The position numbers and the translations under genes are program-made. From Candidatus Iainarchaeum sp. (GTDB lineage Archaea; Iainarchaeota; Iainarchaeia; Iainarchaeales; DTGL01): a stretch of 64,000 bases of DNA. Under the pieces are notes generated by a model that ran no database searches, was not told where the DNA came from, and worked only from the letters and a program-made list of their open reading frames with translations. Location: the NCBI GenBank assembly GCA_026413945.1, contig JAOAJX010000001.1:96001-160000 (forward strand), read 5' to 3'. Position 1 is the stretch's first letter; every line of letters starts with the position of its first letter. Of the stretch, positions 28,659-37,725 are shown piece by piece.

Positions 28659-29455
28659 TTTTTCTTTCTGCTTTTTGCACCGTCCTCAGCTGATTTTACC
28701 ATTTTTGCCAAGTGCTTTTTTGCTTTTTCTAAATCATTTGAAAGTTTCTCTATTGCTGCACCAACATGTAAAATGTCAGCACCTGCTTTTGTACAATTTT
28801 TTGCTTGTTCACATGTTTTTATACCACCAGCAACCACTATAGGTATATCTACCATGGACTTGGCTTCAAAAATCATGTCTATTGGCACGGGCTCATGAGC
28901 GCCGCCACCCGCTTCCAATATTGCGATGTGTGCGCCCATGTATTGGCCTGCAAGTGTAGTGACTGCTGCAAGGTAAGGCAGTTCTCTTGGAATTAGCTTT
29001 GCCCTACCAATCCAACCAGCCGCTCTCCCAGGCTCCACGAGTATGTATGATGTTGGTATTACTTCTATGCCCGCTCGCTTTACAGGATAGCTTGAGGCAA
29101 TCTGTGCACCGCTTATATAGTATGGGTCTAAAGAATTTAGCATGCTCATAAAATATATCGCATCGGCTTTTGGGGATATTGTTGCAATGTTACCTGGAAA
29201 AAGAATTACTGGGATGTTTGTGTTATCCTTTATTTTTTTTATTGTATCGTCAAGCAATGTTCCCTGGGCTCCAACTGAACCACCAACACTTATTGCAGAA
29301 ACTCCGGCTTCTTCAGCTATTTTTGCTAACGAACCAGCCTTCTCTGGCTCTTGGTTTGGAGGATCAATTACTAAAAATATAAGCCCCTTTCTTTCCTCAA
29401 TCCTATCCAGAACTTGGCGATAAACCTTACCAAAATGCTTCTCAAATATTTTCAT
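28655..29455 (-). CDS. Geranylgeranylglyceryl phosphate synthase (GGGPS)
   Basis: VIDPP, VGGS, LFPGN, ADAIYFMSMLNS.DPYYI.GAQ, LEAGGGA, GGI. Confidence 0.92.
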   Translation of the reverse strand: MKIFEKHFGKVYRQVLDRIEERKGLIFLVIDPPNQEPEKAGSLAKIAEEAGVSAISVGGSVGAQGTLLDDTIKKIKDNTNIPVILFPGNIATISPKADAIYFMSMLNSLDPYYISGAQIASSYPVKRAGIEVIPTSYILVEPGRAAGWIGRAKLIPRELPYLAAVTTLAGQYMGAHIAILEAGGGAHEPVPIDMIFEAKSMVDIPIVVAGGIKTCEQAKNCTKAGADILHVGAAIEKLSNDLEKAKKHLAKMVKSAEDGAKSRKKN

Positions 29456-29467
29456 AAAAACACCACA

Positions 29468-30127
29468 CTATAAGTATTTGGCCTTAAGGGTTTTTAAGAC
29501 GAAGTCAATGTTTGCTTTTTGGTCGCTTTTTAGAATAACCCCATGTCCTGGAAGTAGCAACTTGAAATCAATATTTTTAAGCATTGAAATTGAGTTTAAA
29601 AGTTTTTTTTCGTCACCACCCGGAAGATCTGTCCTACCACAATTACCTGCAAAAAGAGTATCACCCGAAAAAAGAAGCTTTTGCTTTTGTTCGTAGTAGC
29701 AGACAGAGCCTTTTGTGTGTCCCGGCGTGTGAATAATCTTTAGTGAAAAAGGTTCGATATTTATGTTTTCATTCCCTGAGAGATGCTTATCTATATTGAA
29801 AATAATTTCTTGGCCAGTGATGTTTGCCAGAGTATAGTGAAGGTCACCAAGTTCAATTGCTTCAGCATCTTTTTCATGCATGAATTTCTGAGAATTTCTA
29901 AAAAGGTTAGCGCAGCCTATATGATCTGCATGTGCATGAGTGAAGAGAAGTATTGAAACATCTTCTGGTGAGATGTGTAGCTCAGAGAGACCTTCTTTAA
30001 GTTGCTTTTCATTTGTGTTTATGCTTGTATCAATAAGCACTATTTCTTTTCCACATAGGATATAAACGTTGCTACCAAGATTGGGGGAATAAAAAGCGAA
30101 AATGTTTTTTGTAATGCTTTCAATCAT
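29468..30127 (-). CDS. MBL-fold metallohydrolase (glyoxalase II-like)
   Basis: THAHADH, HTPGHT, FSGDTLF, GRTDLPGG, PGHG. Confidence 0.92.
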   Translation of the reverse strand: MIESITKNIFAFYSPNLGSNVYILCGKEIVLIDTSINTNEKQLKEGLSELHISPEDVSILLFTHAHADHIGCANLFRNSQKFMHEKDAEAIELGDLHYTLANITGQEIIFNIDKHLSGNENINIEPFSLKIIHTPGHTKGSVCYYEQKQKLLFSGDTLFAGNCGRTDLPGGDEKKLLNSISMLKNIDFKLLLPGHGVILKSDQKANIDFVLKTLKAKYL

Positions 30128-30215
30128 ACTTATTAGATGTGGTTTCTTGTTTTTATTTCTTACTTAAATTGCCACCAGTATTAAAATAAAATGCTATGCG
30201 GCAGATATCAGTAGT

Positions 30216-31583
30216 ATGACAACCGTGCTAGATTATAGGAAAATTGTAGATAGCATACTGGCAAAGACTGGTAAGAGTGAAAAAGACATAAAAGACATGA
30301 TTAGCAACAAGATTGAAAGATTCGCTGGTTTGCTAACTGAAGAGGGAGCAGCATTCATGGTTGCAAAAGAGCTTGGATTAGAAGTTGAAATTGAATTCCA
30401 ATCTGAAAGAAATTTGAAGATAAGTGATCTGAGAAAAGGGCTAAAAAACGTGTGTTTGCTTGCAAGAGTCCTTAATATTGGCGAAATTAGATCTTTTGAG
30501 CGAGATGGTAGGAAAGGCCGATATTGCAAAATAGTTATTGCTGATGAAACCGGAGAAACTACACTAACTCTTTGGGATAGACAAGTTCAGATGATAGACT
30601 CAGAAAAAATATGCAAAGGGGGTGCTTTGTTTGTTGATGGGTGTTATGTTACTGAATTCAGAGGAAATCTTGCATTGTCCCTTAGCTTAAGAGGAAGAAT
30701 ATATAATGCTGATGGCAGATATGATTTGAGTAAACTTCCCCGAGTAAAGCCATCTCTTGTAAGACTGTCTGATATTAAAGAGCCAACAAAAAATGTTGAC
30801 TTCTTTGCTAGAGTAACAAGGGTTTTTGACAGGTTCGAATTTGAAAAAGATGGTGACAAAGGAGATGTCCTACGATTTGAGGTTTGGGATGGAAAAAAGA
30901 TTACAAAGGTGGTGGCTTGGCACAATATTACTAGCAAAGCCCAAAAATTATATAGTGGCGAATTGATTAAGATTGAAGGTGCTGATGTGAAAGAAGGTCG
31001 CAATGGCCTTGAAGTACATCTTGGCACGAGATCAAGGATTATTGAAAACCCAAAAACAGAAATTGTTATTCCGGAAATTTACGAAATCACGGGCAAAAGC
31101 TATGTCAGGAAGAAGATAAATGAGATTACTGAAGCAAATTATTTTGCCGAGGTTTTTGCAGAGATAGTTTCTGTTAGAAAAAGCAAATTCTTATACGATT
31201 TTTGTAATGAATGTCGAGCTAGCTCATCAAACTCTGTTTGTGAAAGATGTGGAAAAAAAACTAAGAAAAGGCTTGTTGTTTCTTTAAGGATAGATGATGG
31301 CTTCGCAAATATCAATTGCATTATGTTTGGGCGTGTTGCTGAAAATGTCACGGGCTTTAGCACATTGAAGCTCACTGAGTTGGTTGAAAAAGATGGAACT
31401 GACAAAGCACTAAAGTTGCTTGAAGAAAAAATGATTGGTTCTTTCGTTTTGCTTCATGGGACAAGCCGTAAATCAATTGGTCAAAAAGAAGAAATTGAGA
31501 TGATTGTGGATGATATTTTGCCTATAGATAATAAAAAAGAGGTTGAGGGGTTTTATTATGCTTTATCGGAAATGAAGCCCTGA
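30216..31583 (+). CDS. rpa: Replication protein A (multi-OB-fold with Zn finger)
   Basis: GLLTEEGAAFMVAKELG, ADETG..LTLW OB folds, CNEC..CERC, IDDG; adjacent to radA. Confidence 0.85.
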   Translation: MTTVLDYRKIVDSILAKTGKSEKDIKDMISNKIERFAGLLTEEGAAFMVAKELGLEVEIEFQSERNLKISDLRKGLKNVCLLARVLNIGEIRSFERDGRKGRYCKIVIADETGETTLTLWDRQVQMIDSEKICKGGALFVDGCYVTEFRGNLALSLSLRGRIYNADGRYDLSKLPRVKPSLVRLSDIKEPTKNVDFFARVTRVFDRFEFEKDGDKGDVLRFEVWDGKKITKVVAWHNITSKAQKLYSGELIKIEGADVKEGRNGLEVHLGTRSRIIENPKTEIVIPEIYEITGKSYVRKKINEITEANYFAEVFAEIVSVRKSKFLYDFCNECRASSSNSVCERCGKKTKKRLVVSLRIDDGFANINCIMFGRVAENVTGFSTLKLTELVEKDGTDKALKLLEEKMIGSFVLLHGTSRKSIGQKEEIEMIVDDILPIDNKKEVEGFYYALSEMKP

Positions 31584-31628
31584 AAAAACCATAAAAAGCT
31601 ATTATTCAAATATATTTTTGGTGTGAGT

Positions 31629-32588
31629 ATGAGCACTCAAAGGATAAGGGATTTAACAGATCTTCCAGGTATAGGCACACAAGCAGCCGAGAAACTCATG
31701 GCTGCAAACTATAAGACAATAGAAAGCATTGCCATTGCTTCACCGATTGAGCTCACAGAAATTGCAGGCCTCGGCGAGAAAACCGCTGAAAAAGCTATTA
31801 ACGCTGCAAGGGAAGCATTAGGTATGGGTTTTGAAACTGCCGATAAAGTACATGAAAGACGTGCTAAAATTGGTCGTATAAGTACAGGCAGTAAAGAACT
31901 TGACGCGCTCCTAGGCGGTGGCGTTGAAAGCCAAAGCATAACAGAGGTATACGGAAAAATGGCTTCGGGTAAAACTCAATGGTGTTTTCAGCTTTGTGTA
32001 ATGGTACAGCTTCCTTTAGAAAAGGGGGGACTTGAAGGCAAAGCAATATATATCGACTCAGAGTCAAGCTTTAGACCTGAAAGAATCGTTCAGATAGCAG
32101 AGGCTAGAGGCCTTGAGCCCAAAAACGTTTTAAAAAACATATTTGTAGCCAGAGCATATAATGCTGATCACCAAATATTACTTACAGAAAAAGCTGATGA
32201 GATTATTAAAAAAGAAGGCGTTCGTCTATTGGTTGTTGATTCCCTCACATCGCAGTTTAGAGCAGAGTATATTGGCAGAGGAATGCTTGCGGAAAGACAG
32301 CAAAAATTAAATAAGCACATGCATCAGCTGGCAAGAATGGCTGAAATGCATAATCTTTGCGTTTTAGTTACAAATCAGGTTATGGAAAGGCCAGATATAC
32401 TATTTGGAGATCCCACTGCACCGGTTGGCGGGAATATTGTAGGTCATGCATCAAAAACCCGTTTGTATCTCAGGCAGAGCAAAGGGGAAAAAAGGGTAGC
32501 AAGACTAATAGATTCGCCGAGCTTACCTGATGGGGAGGCAATATACAAAATAACTGAACGCGGCATAGAAGACGTTGATTCTGAGTAA
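31629..32588 (+). CDS. radA: DNA repair and recombination protein RadA
   Basis: HhH N-terminus, [32 protein letters not shown]; no intein. Confidence 0.97.
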   Translation: MSTQRIRDLTDLPGIGTQAAEKLMAANYKTIESIAIASPIELTEIAGLGEKTAEKAINAAREALGMGFETADKVHERRAKIGRISTGSKELDALLGGGVESQSITEVYGKMASGKTQWCFQLCVMVQLPLEKGGLEGKAIYIDSESSFRPERIVQIAEARGLEPKNVLKNIFVARAYNADHQILLTEKADEIIKKEGVRLLVVDSLTSQFRAEYIGRGMLAERQQKLNKHMHQLARMAEMHNLCVLVTNQVMERPDILFGDPTAPVGGNIVGHASKTRLYLRQSKGEKRVARLIDSPSLPDGEAIYKITERGIEDVDSE

Positions 32589-32705
32589 ACGATAGTAACC
32601 AGATCATGAATAGTTTTTTTGAAGCTTGAAAAACAATTATTCAAAGAGATAAGAAAGAAGTAAGAGCAACAAAAGTTTTATTAAATTACAGTTTGTTATT
32701 ATTAC

Positions 32706-33383
32706 ATGCCTAAACTTCCTGCCCTTTTTATAAACTTCAAGCTATATGAATCTGGTACTGGAAAAAAAGCATTAGAAACCGCAAAAATAATTGAAAAATC
32801 AGTTTATGGCAAAGATATTGGTGTTATACTTGTTGTTCAAGCATGTGATATACGGCTTATAGCACAAAATGTTAGCTTGCCAATTTTTGCACAACATATC
32901 GATCCTGTAACATATGGGGCGTATACTGGCCATATATTACCCGAAGCGATAAAAGAAGCTGGTGCAATCGGTACGATCTTAAATCATGCTGAGAACAAAA
33001 GAGATGATAATTTTCTTGGGTTGGCAATAAAGCGTGCTAAAGAGTGTGGGCTTGAAGTAATGGTTTGTGCAGAATCAGTTGAAAGGGCTAAAAAAATTGC
33101 TTCTTTTTTGATAAAACCGGATTTGATTGCAATAGAGCCACCTGAGCTAATATCTGGAGATATATCTGTTTCAACTGCAAAGCCAGAGCTCATAAGTAAG
33201 GTTGTTTCATTGGTTGGCAAGAAAAACGCAATACCAATAATAACAGGTGCTGGAATAAAAAATTCACTCGATGTTAGAAAATCTATCGAGCTCGGCTGTT
33301 CTGGTGTTTTTGTAGCATCTGGTATAATGAAAGCCAAAGATAAAGAAAAGGAAATTGGTGAGCTTTTGTCTGGCTTTGAATGA
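32706..33383 (+). CDS. tpiA: Triosephosphate isomerase (archaeal type)
   Basis: INFKLY, AQHID, NHAE, IEPPELI, GAGI, VASG. Confidence 0.95.
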   Translation: MPKLPALFINFKLYESGTGKKALETAKIIEKSVYGKDIGVILVVQACDIRLIAQNVSLPIFAQHIDPVTYGAYTGHILPEAIKEAGAIGTILNHAENKRDDNFLGLAIKRAKECGLEVMVCAESVERAKKIASFLIKPDLIAIEPPELISGDISVSTAKPELISKVVSLVGKKNAIPIITGAGIKNSLDVRKSIELGCSGVFVASGIMKAKDKEKEIGELLSGFE

Positions 33384-33392
33384 GGTGATTTT

Positions 33393-34514
33393 ATGATAAA
33401 AGCCAAAGATCTTATTTTGAGAGATATTGCAAAAATAGATGCTGAAGCGAAAATATCAGAAGCTTTTAGTATGATGCTTAAGCTTGGCGAAGATAGTTTA
33501 GCTGTTTTTTCAGGAGACTCTTTTTTAGGTTTAGTATCCCTTAGGGAATTCCTTAGGAGACATAGGTTTTACTCTGAAGCAAAGGTTAAGTCTTTTGTTG
33601 AAAGCAGAGTGCCGTTTCTATTGGAAGAAGATAGTTTAAGCAGAATTGCTGAGCAAATGTATCATTCTGGCCAAAAAATACTGCCTGTTATGCGGTTAAA
33701 TAAGATTGTTGGGTTTGTACATGTAAGAGATGTGCTATCACATGCGCTTAAAGATAAAAATATCGCTAATATCAAACTCAATAATATTTGCTCTAAGATT
33801 GTTATAGCACAAAAAGAAGATAGCATAGCAAAAGTTTTGTCAATAATGCGTAAGATTGATGTGAAGCAGGTACCAATAGTAGATAACAATAATGAATATT
33901 GTGGTTTAGTAACTTTAGATGGTCTTATAGAGAAATATTTCATACATGCAACTAAAAACGGCCTTTTCTCTCTATACGGCAGAAGACCAGAATCAAAAAG
34001 GATATTGGATATAAAGGTTCGAGAGCTTTTGGAAGAAACTAAAACTTTCCATCCTTTAGACAATTTAATAAATGTAAAGGATGAGCTTATTGCTAACAGT
34101 GTCGTTTTGTTGGTGGATGGTCAAAATATTACTGGGGTTGTTACAGTGAACGATGTCCTTAAGGTATTAATGCATGAAGAAGAGCCAAGTTACAGGATAC
34201 AGATATCAGACATGCCTAAGTTGAGCAAGTTGGATGAAGAAAAGGCAAGGGCAAAAATAAAGAGTATCTATGAGAAAATCAAAAGAATTTTACATGATGA
34301 TGTGATGCTCTCAATACACTTCAAATCGCAGAAAAAAACAGGATTGCGAGCCAAGCATTTTGTGAAAGCCAAAGTAACTTCTGGAAGCTTTAAATTTAAT
34401 GCCTCTTCAGAATCATGGAATTTGTTTACTGCATTAGAGAATGTACTTAGCATATTGAGTAAAGAAGCTTTAAAAAATTCTAAAAGGAGATGTAGAAAAG
34501 GTTACATAAAATAG
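33393..34514 (+). CDS. CBS-domain protein with C-terminal HPF/RaiA-like domain (candidate ribosome hibernation factor)
   Basis: Four CBS repeats, then IQIS...YEKIKR...LSIHFK...KHFVKAKV...ASSESWNLFTALENVL. Confidence 0.65.
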   Translation: MIKAKDLILRDIAKIDAEAKISEAFSMMLKLGEDSLAVFSGDSFLGLVSLREFLRRHRFYSEAKVKSFVESRVPFLLEEDSLSRIAEQMYHSGQKILPVMRLNKIVGFVHVRDVLSHALKDKNIANIKLNNICSKIVIAQKEDSIAKVLSIMRKIDVKQVPIVDNNNEYCGLVTLDGLIEKYFIHATKNGLFSLYGRRPESKRILDIKVRELLEETKTFHPLDNLINVKDELIANSVVLLVDGQNITGVVTVNDVLKVLMHEEEPSYRIQISDMPKLSKLDEEKARAKIKSIYEKIKRILHDDVMLSIHFKSQKKTGLRAKHFVKAKVTSGSFKFNASSESWNLFTALENVLSILSKEALKNSKRRCRKGYIK

Positions 34515-34522
34515 TTCTTTGA

Positions 34523-34787
34523 GTGGGCATTCCGAAGTTGACAATAGACTAAAAACAAAGTTTGCCCACAGCATACCTCCGCTCTGAGATCCCACAGCAC
34601 TTCACTATGCGGCTACCGTTGCTCCCTTCCGGGCCTAGCGGGTTCACCACAAAGTGAAGCCGGTGGGGGCAAAGCATCAATGTTTTGCTGTGGCTTTGCT
34701 TTTAGCCTAAAGCCTTCTCCGGAACTTCAGCCCGGCATAAAGCGGATTTCCGGTACAGGGAACCGCTAGCTCCCCGGCCTAGCCCAC
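34523..34787 (-). ncRNA. ffs: SRP (7S) RNA, about 265 nt
   Basis: 5' GTGGGCTAGGCCGGGG pairs with 3' GCCCAC; Alu-domain TGTA motif; helix 8 CCGCTAGGCCCGGAAGGGAGCAACGG. Confidence 0.92.
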
Positions 34788-34889
34788 AATAAATTATTGT
34801 TTATTTGGGTTTTTAAGGATAGCGTCAAATAGTGCCACAACCATTAACAAATCACTTGTAACTATAATTACTTTTTATTAATTATTTAG

Positions 34890-36728
34890 ATGAATATATT
34901 TGTGGGTTGCGAAGTAGAATGCGAGCTTTTTTTTAGAAAGTTGGTCGAAGTTCTTGATAATATTAGCCTTAATAATGTAATAAAGGCTTTTGATTTTGCC
35001 AAAAAGTTTTCTGATGAAAAAAAATTTTGCCATCAATTGAGAACAGCAATAATAGCTTTAGAACTAAAACTTGATCAAAGAACTATTGCGGCCTGCTTAA
35101 TTCATGAGTTAAAGGAAAAGCTCCCTTTTGCTAAAGTAGATGGAAAGACAAAAGAAATAGTAATAGAATCTGCAAATATTTGCGATATAAAGGAAAGAAA
35201 TTTTAGACGCCTTAGCAGTGAGAGTTTAGCAAAAATACTTTTGGCTTCATCAAAAGATGTTAGAGGCATAATAGTTGAGATATTATCTCAGCTTGATAAA
35301 ATGAGATGCCTTCAAAAGAGTAAAAACATGGCAACATCGAGGGAAGCAAAAATTACTCTTGAAATACATTCGAAGATAGCTCAAAGACTGGGGCTTGTAG
35401 AAGTTAGCTCGGAATTGCAAGATTTGGCAATGTCAATTGTTTTTCCAAAAGAGTACAAAGTAACAAAAGCAAAAATGTTTAATAAGATCCCAAATCCACA
35501 AGAAATCATGGAAAAAGCAAAACTAGTTATAAAGGAAATTCTGGATCGTCAAGGCATGGCTGCAGCAGTACAAGGCCGAGTTAAAAGCGTCTATAGCACA
35601 TATAAGAAGCATCAAGAAGAAGGAAGAAAAGTTGAAGAAATAAAGGATCTTATAGGCATAAGGATAATATGCGGCTCAATAAGAGATTGTTATAAAGCAC
35701 TAGTAGCGATTATTGAGTCGTTTGAGTTGATTGGAAAGGTTGATGATTATATTATCAATCCAAAAGAAAATAGGTACCGGTCAATACATCTGGTTGTAAA
35801 ATTAGTTGGATATCCTGTTGAAATTCAAATAAGAACTATTGAAATGCATAGAGATGCTGAATATGGCGTTGCTGCACATTGGCGTTATAAGAAAGGTTAT
35901 CAATACAGTGAATTAGATTCTGCTTTATCTTTGGCAAAGCAATTAGTGGAGCTTCAGCAAAACTTAGCAAAAAACCTTTTTGATTATGTGAAATTTTCAA
36001 TTACTGATGATTTCATTTTTGTTTTTACTCCAAAGAAAGATGTTATTATATTGCCAAAAAAGGCCACTATTCTGGATTTCGCATACGCTATTCACACTGA
36101 TTTAGGAAACAAATTCAAATATGGTTTAGTAAATAATATCAAGAGGCCTATTAATTATAGGCTAAATTGTGGAGACACGGTAAAAATTATTCGTGGAAAG
36201 ACAAAAACAGTCAGCCTGAAGTGGCTAAAATTTGTTAAAACTCGAAAAGCAAAATCAGCCATAAGGAAAGAATTTGGGGTCAAAAAAAGTAAATTTAAGA
36301 AAGTAATTGTGACTCCAAAAATTGGTGAAAGAATTATTATTGCGAAGTGTTGCATGCCGTTGCCGGGGGATACCTTTGTTGGATATGAAACAAGAAAAAA
36401 CGAGATTACAATTCACAGGGTTGACTGCGCACTTTTATCACACCTTTCTGATAAAAAGATATTTTTAGTTAATCAGAGCATACTTAAAAAGAAAAGATAT
36501 GCTGTAAGAATTGAAGCATGGGCTTTTAGAAGGGCAGATATACTGAGTGATTTATTTAAGGAGCTAGAAAAAAACAAAGTAAAAGTGCTTAATAGTGAGA
36601 TTAAAATAGACTCCCAAAACACAATAAGAATGTTATTCGACCTCAAAATAAGAGATCGTACACACTTGGAAAGAGTGAGCAGAGCACTTGAGAAAACTCA
36701 AAATGTAATCTACGCAGAAAGGGTTTAG
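34890..36728 (+). CDS. Long RelA/SpoT homologue ((p)ppGpp synthetase): degenerate HD, SYNTH, TGS, Cys motif, ACT
   Basis: GRVKSVYS..KK, DLIGIRII, DYI.NPKENRYRSIH, EIQIRT.EMH..AEYGVAAHWRYK, FTPK..LP..AT.LDFAYAIHT, AKCCMPLPGD, IHRVDC. Confidence 0.95.
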   Translation: MNIFVGCEVECELFFRKLVEVLDNISLNNVIKAFDFAKKFSDEKKFCHQLRTAIIALELKLDQRTIAACLIHELKEKLPFAKVDGKTKEIVIESANICDIKERNFRRLSSESLAKILLASSKDVRGIIVEILSQLDKMRCLQKSKNMATSREAKITLEIHSKIAQRLGLVEVSSELQDLAMSIVFPKEYKVTKAKMFNKIPNPQEIMEKAKLVIKEILDRQGMAAAVQGRVKSVYSTYKKHQEEGRKVEEIKDLIGIRIICGSIRDCYKALVAIIESFELIGKVDDYIINPKENRYRSIHLVVKLVGYPVEIQIRTIEMHRDAEYGVAAHWRYKKGYQYSELDSALSLAKQLVELQQNLAKNLFDYVKFSITDDFIFVFTPKKDVIILPKKATILDFAYAIHTDLGNKFKYGLVNNIKRPINYRLNCGDTVKIIRGKTKTVSLKWLKFVKTRKAKSAIRKEFGVKKSKFKKVIVTPKIGERIIIAKCCMPLPGDTFVGYETRKNEITIHRVDCALLSHLSDKKIFLVNQSILKKKRYAVRIEAWAFRRADILSDLFKELEKNKVKVLNSEIKIDSQNTIRMLFDLKIRDRTHLERVSRALEKTQNVIYAERV

Positions 36729-36860
36729 CAATGTTTTGGAGATAGAAATAAATATGGCTGTGCATATTATACTATTGGTAGTTCATAAGAAATAACAAAT
36801 TGCTGGCTTTTAACCAGCAGGTAAAGAGGAAAATCAATAGTAAGTTAAGAAGGTGATTTA

Positions 36861-37595
36861 ATGAAGAAAACAAAAACAGGCATATATGGTCTCGATGAGC
36901 TCATCGATGGTGGTTTCCCTACAGGTAGGACAATATTAGTTAGTGGCTCTTGTGGTTCTGGAAAAACCACCTTTGGAATACAATATATTTACAATGGTGC
37001 TGAGCTCTATAATGAGCCAGGTATATATGTAACACTTGATGAAAGACCATCACTGCTTAGAGAAGATTGTCTAAATTTTGGCTGGGATTTAAAAGAACTA
37101 GAAAACAAGAACATGATAAGAATAATTGATGGCACTGTTGCTAGAATGGGGTTCCCTACAGAGGAAGAGTTTGCTTTACCGAGCACAGGTCTTGACATAG
37201 ATAAGCTTCTTTTAGAAATATTAGCATCAATAAAGAGGTTTGGGGCCAAGAGGATTGTTATAGATTCAGTAGCATCTCTTGGACTTACTTTGAGAACAGA
37301 AGAAGATATAAGAAGAGGGCTTCTGAAGCTAAATTATCTCTTAGGTAAAGCCGGTACAACCTCCTTGCTTATATCAGAAATAGAAGTAGACGATAAAAGA
37401 TTTAGCAAATATGGTGTTGAAGAATACATTGCAGATGGAGTAATACTTATGCATTATATCGGAGTCGGTGGCGGCATAACTAGGGCTCTACAAGTTGTAA
37501 AAATGCGTGGTGTAAAGCATTCTGAGTATATACATCCTTTAGAGATAACAAAAAGAGGGATTGAAGTAAAGAGGATTGAGCAAGCAGACATTTGA
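36861..37595 (+). CDS. KaiC-like RecA-superfamily ATPase (single domain)
   Basis: KTGIYGLDELIDGGFP, GSCGSGKT, VIDS, EEYIADG, KMRG..H. Confidence 0.9.
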   Translation: MKKTKTGIYGLDELIDGGFPTGRTILVSGSCGSGKTTFGIQYIYNGAELYNEPGIYVTLDERPSLLREDCLNFGWDLKELENKNMIRIIDGTVARMGFPTEEEFALPSTGLDIDKLLLEILASIKRFGAKRIVIDSVASLGLTLRTEEDIRRGLLKLNYLLGKAGTTSLLISEIEVDDKRFSKYGVEEYIADGVILMHYIGVGGGITRALQVVKMRGVKHSEYIHPLEITKRGIEVKRIEQADI

Positions 37596-37625
37596 GTTAT
37601 TGATTTAGACCCTAATTTTGTTTAG

Positions 37626-37697
37626 TGGGGCGGGCGAGACTCGAACTCGCGACACCACGGTCTTCAGCCGTGTGCTCTCCCTCTGAGCTACCGCCCC
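37626..37697 (-). tRNA. tRNA-Phe(GAA)
   Basis: Acceptor GGGGCGG/CCGCCCC; anticodon arm CACGG-CTGAAGA-CCGTG. Confidence 0.95.
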
Positions 37698-37725
37698 GGC
37701 TAATGAGAATATAGCAAGAGATCTT

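Noticed and set aside
31629-32588. Intein in RadA
   Set aside because: Normal length and contiguous motifs.
36861-37595. Circadian clock KaiC
   Set aside because: Single-domain archaeal KaiC-like ATPase with no kaiA/kaiB; a common family.
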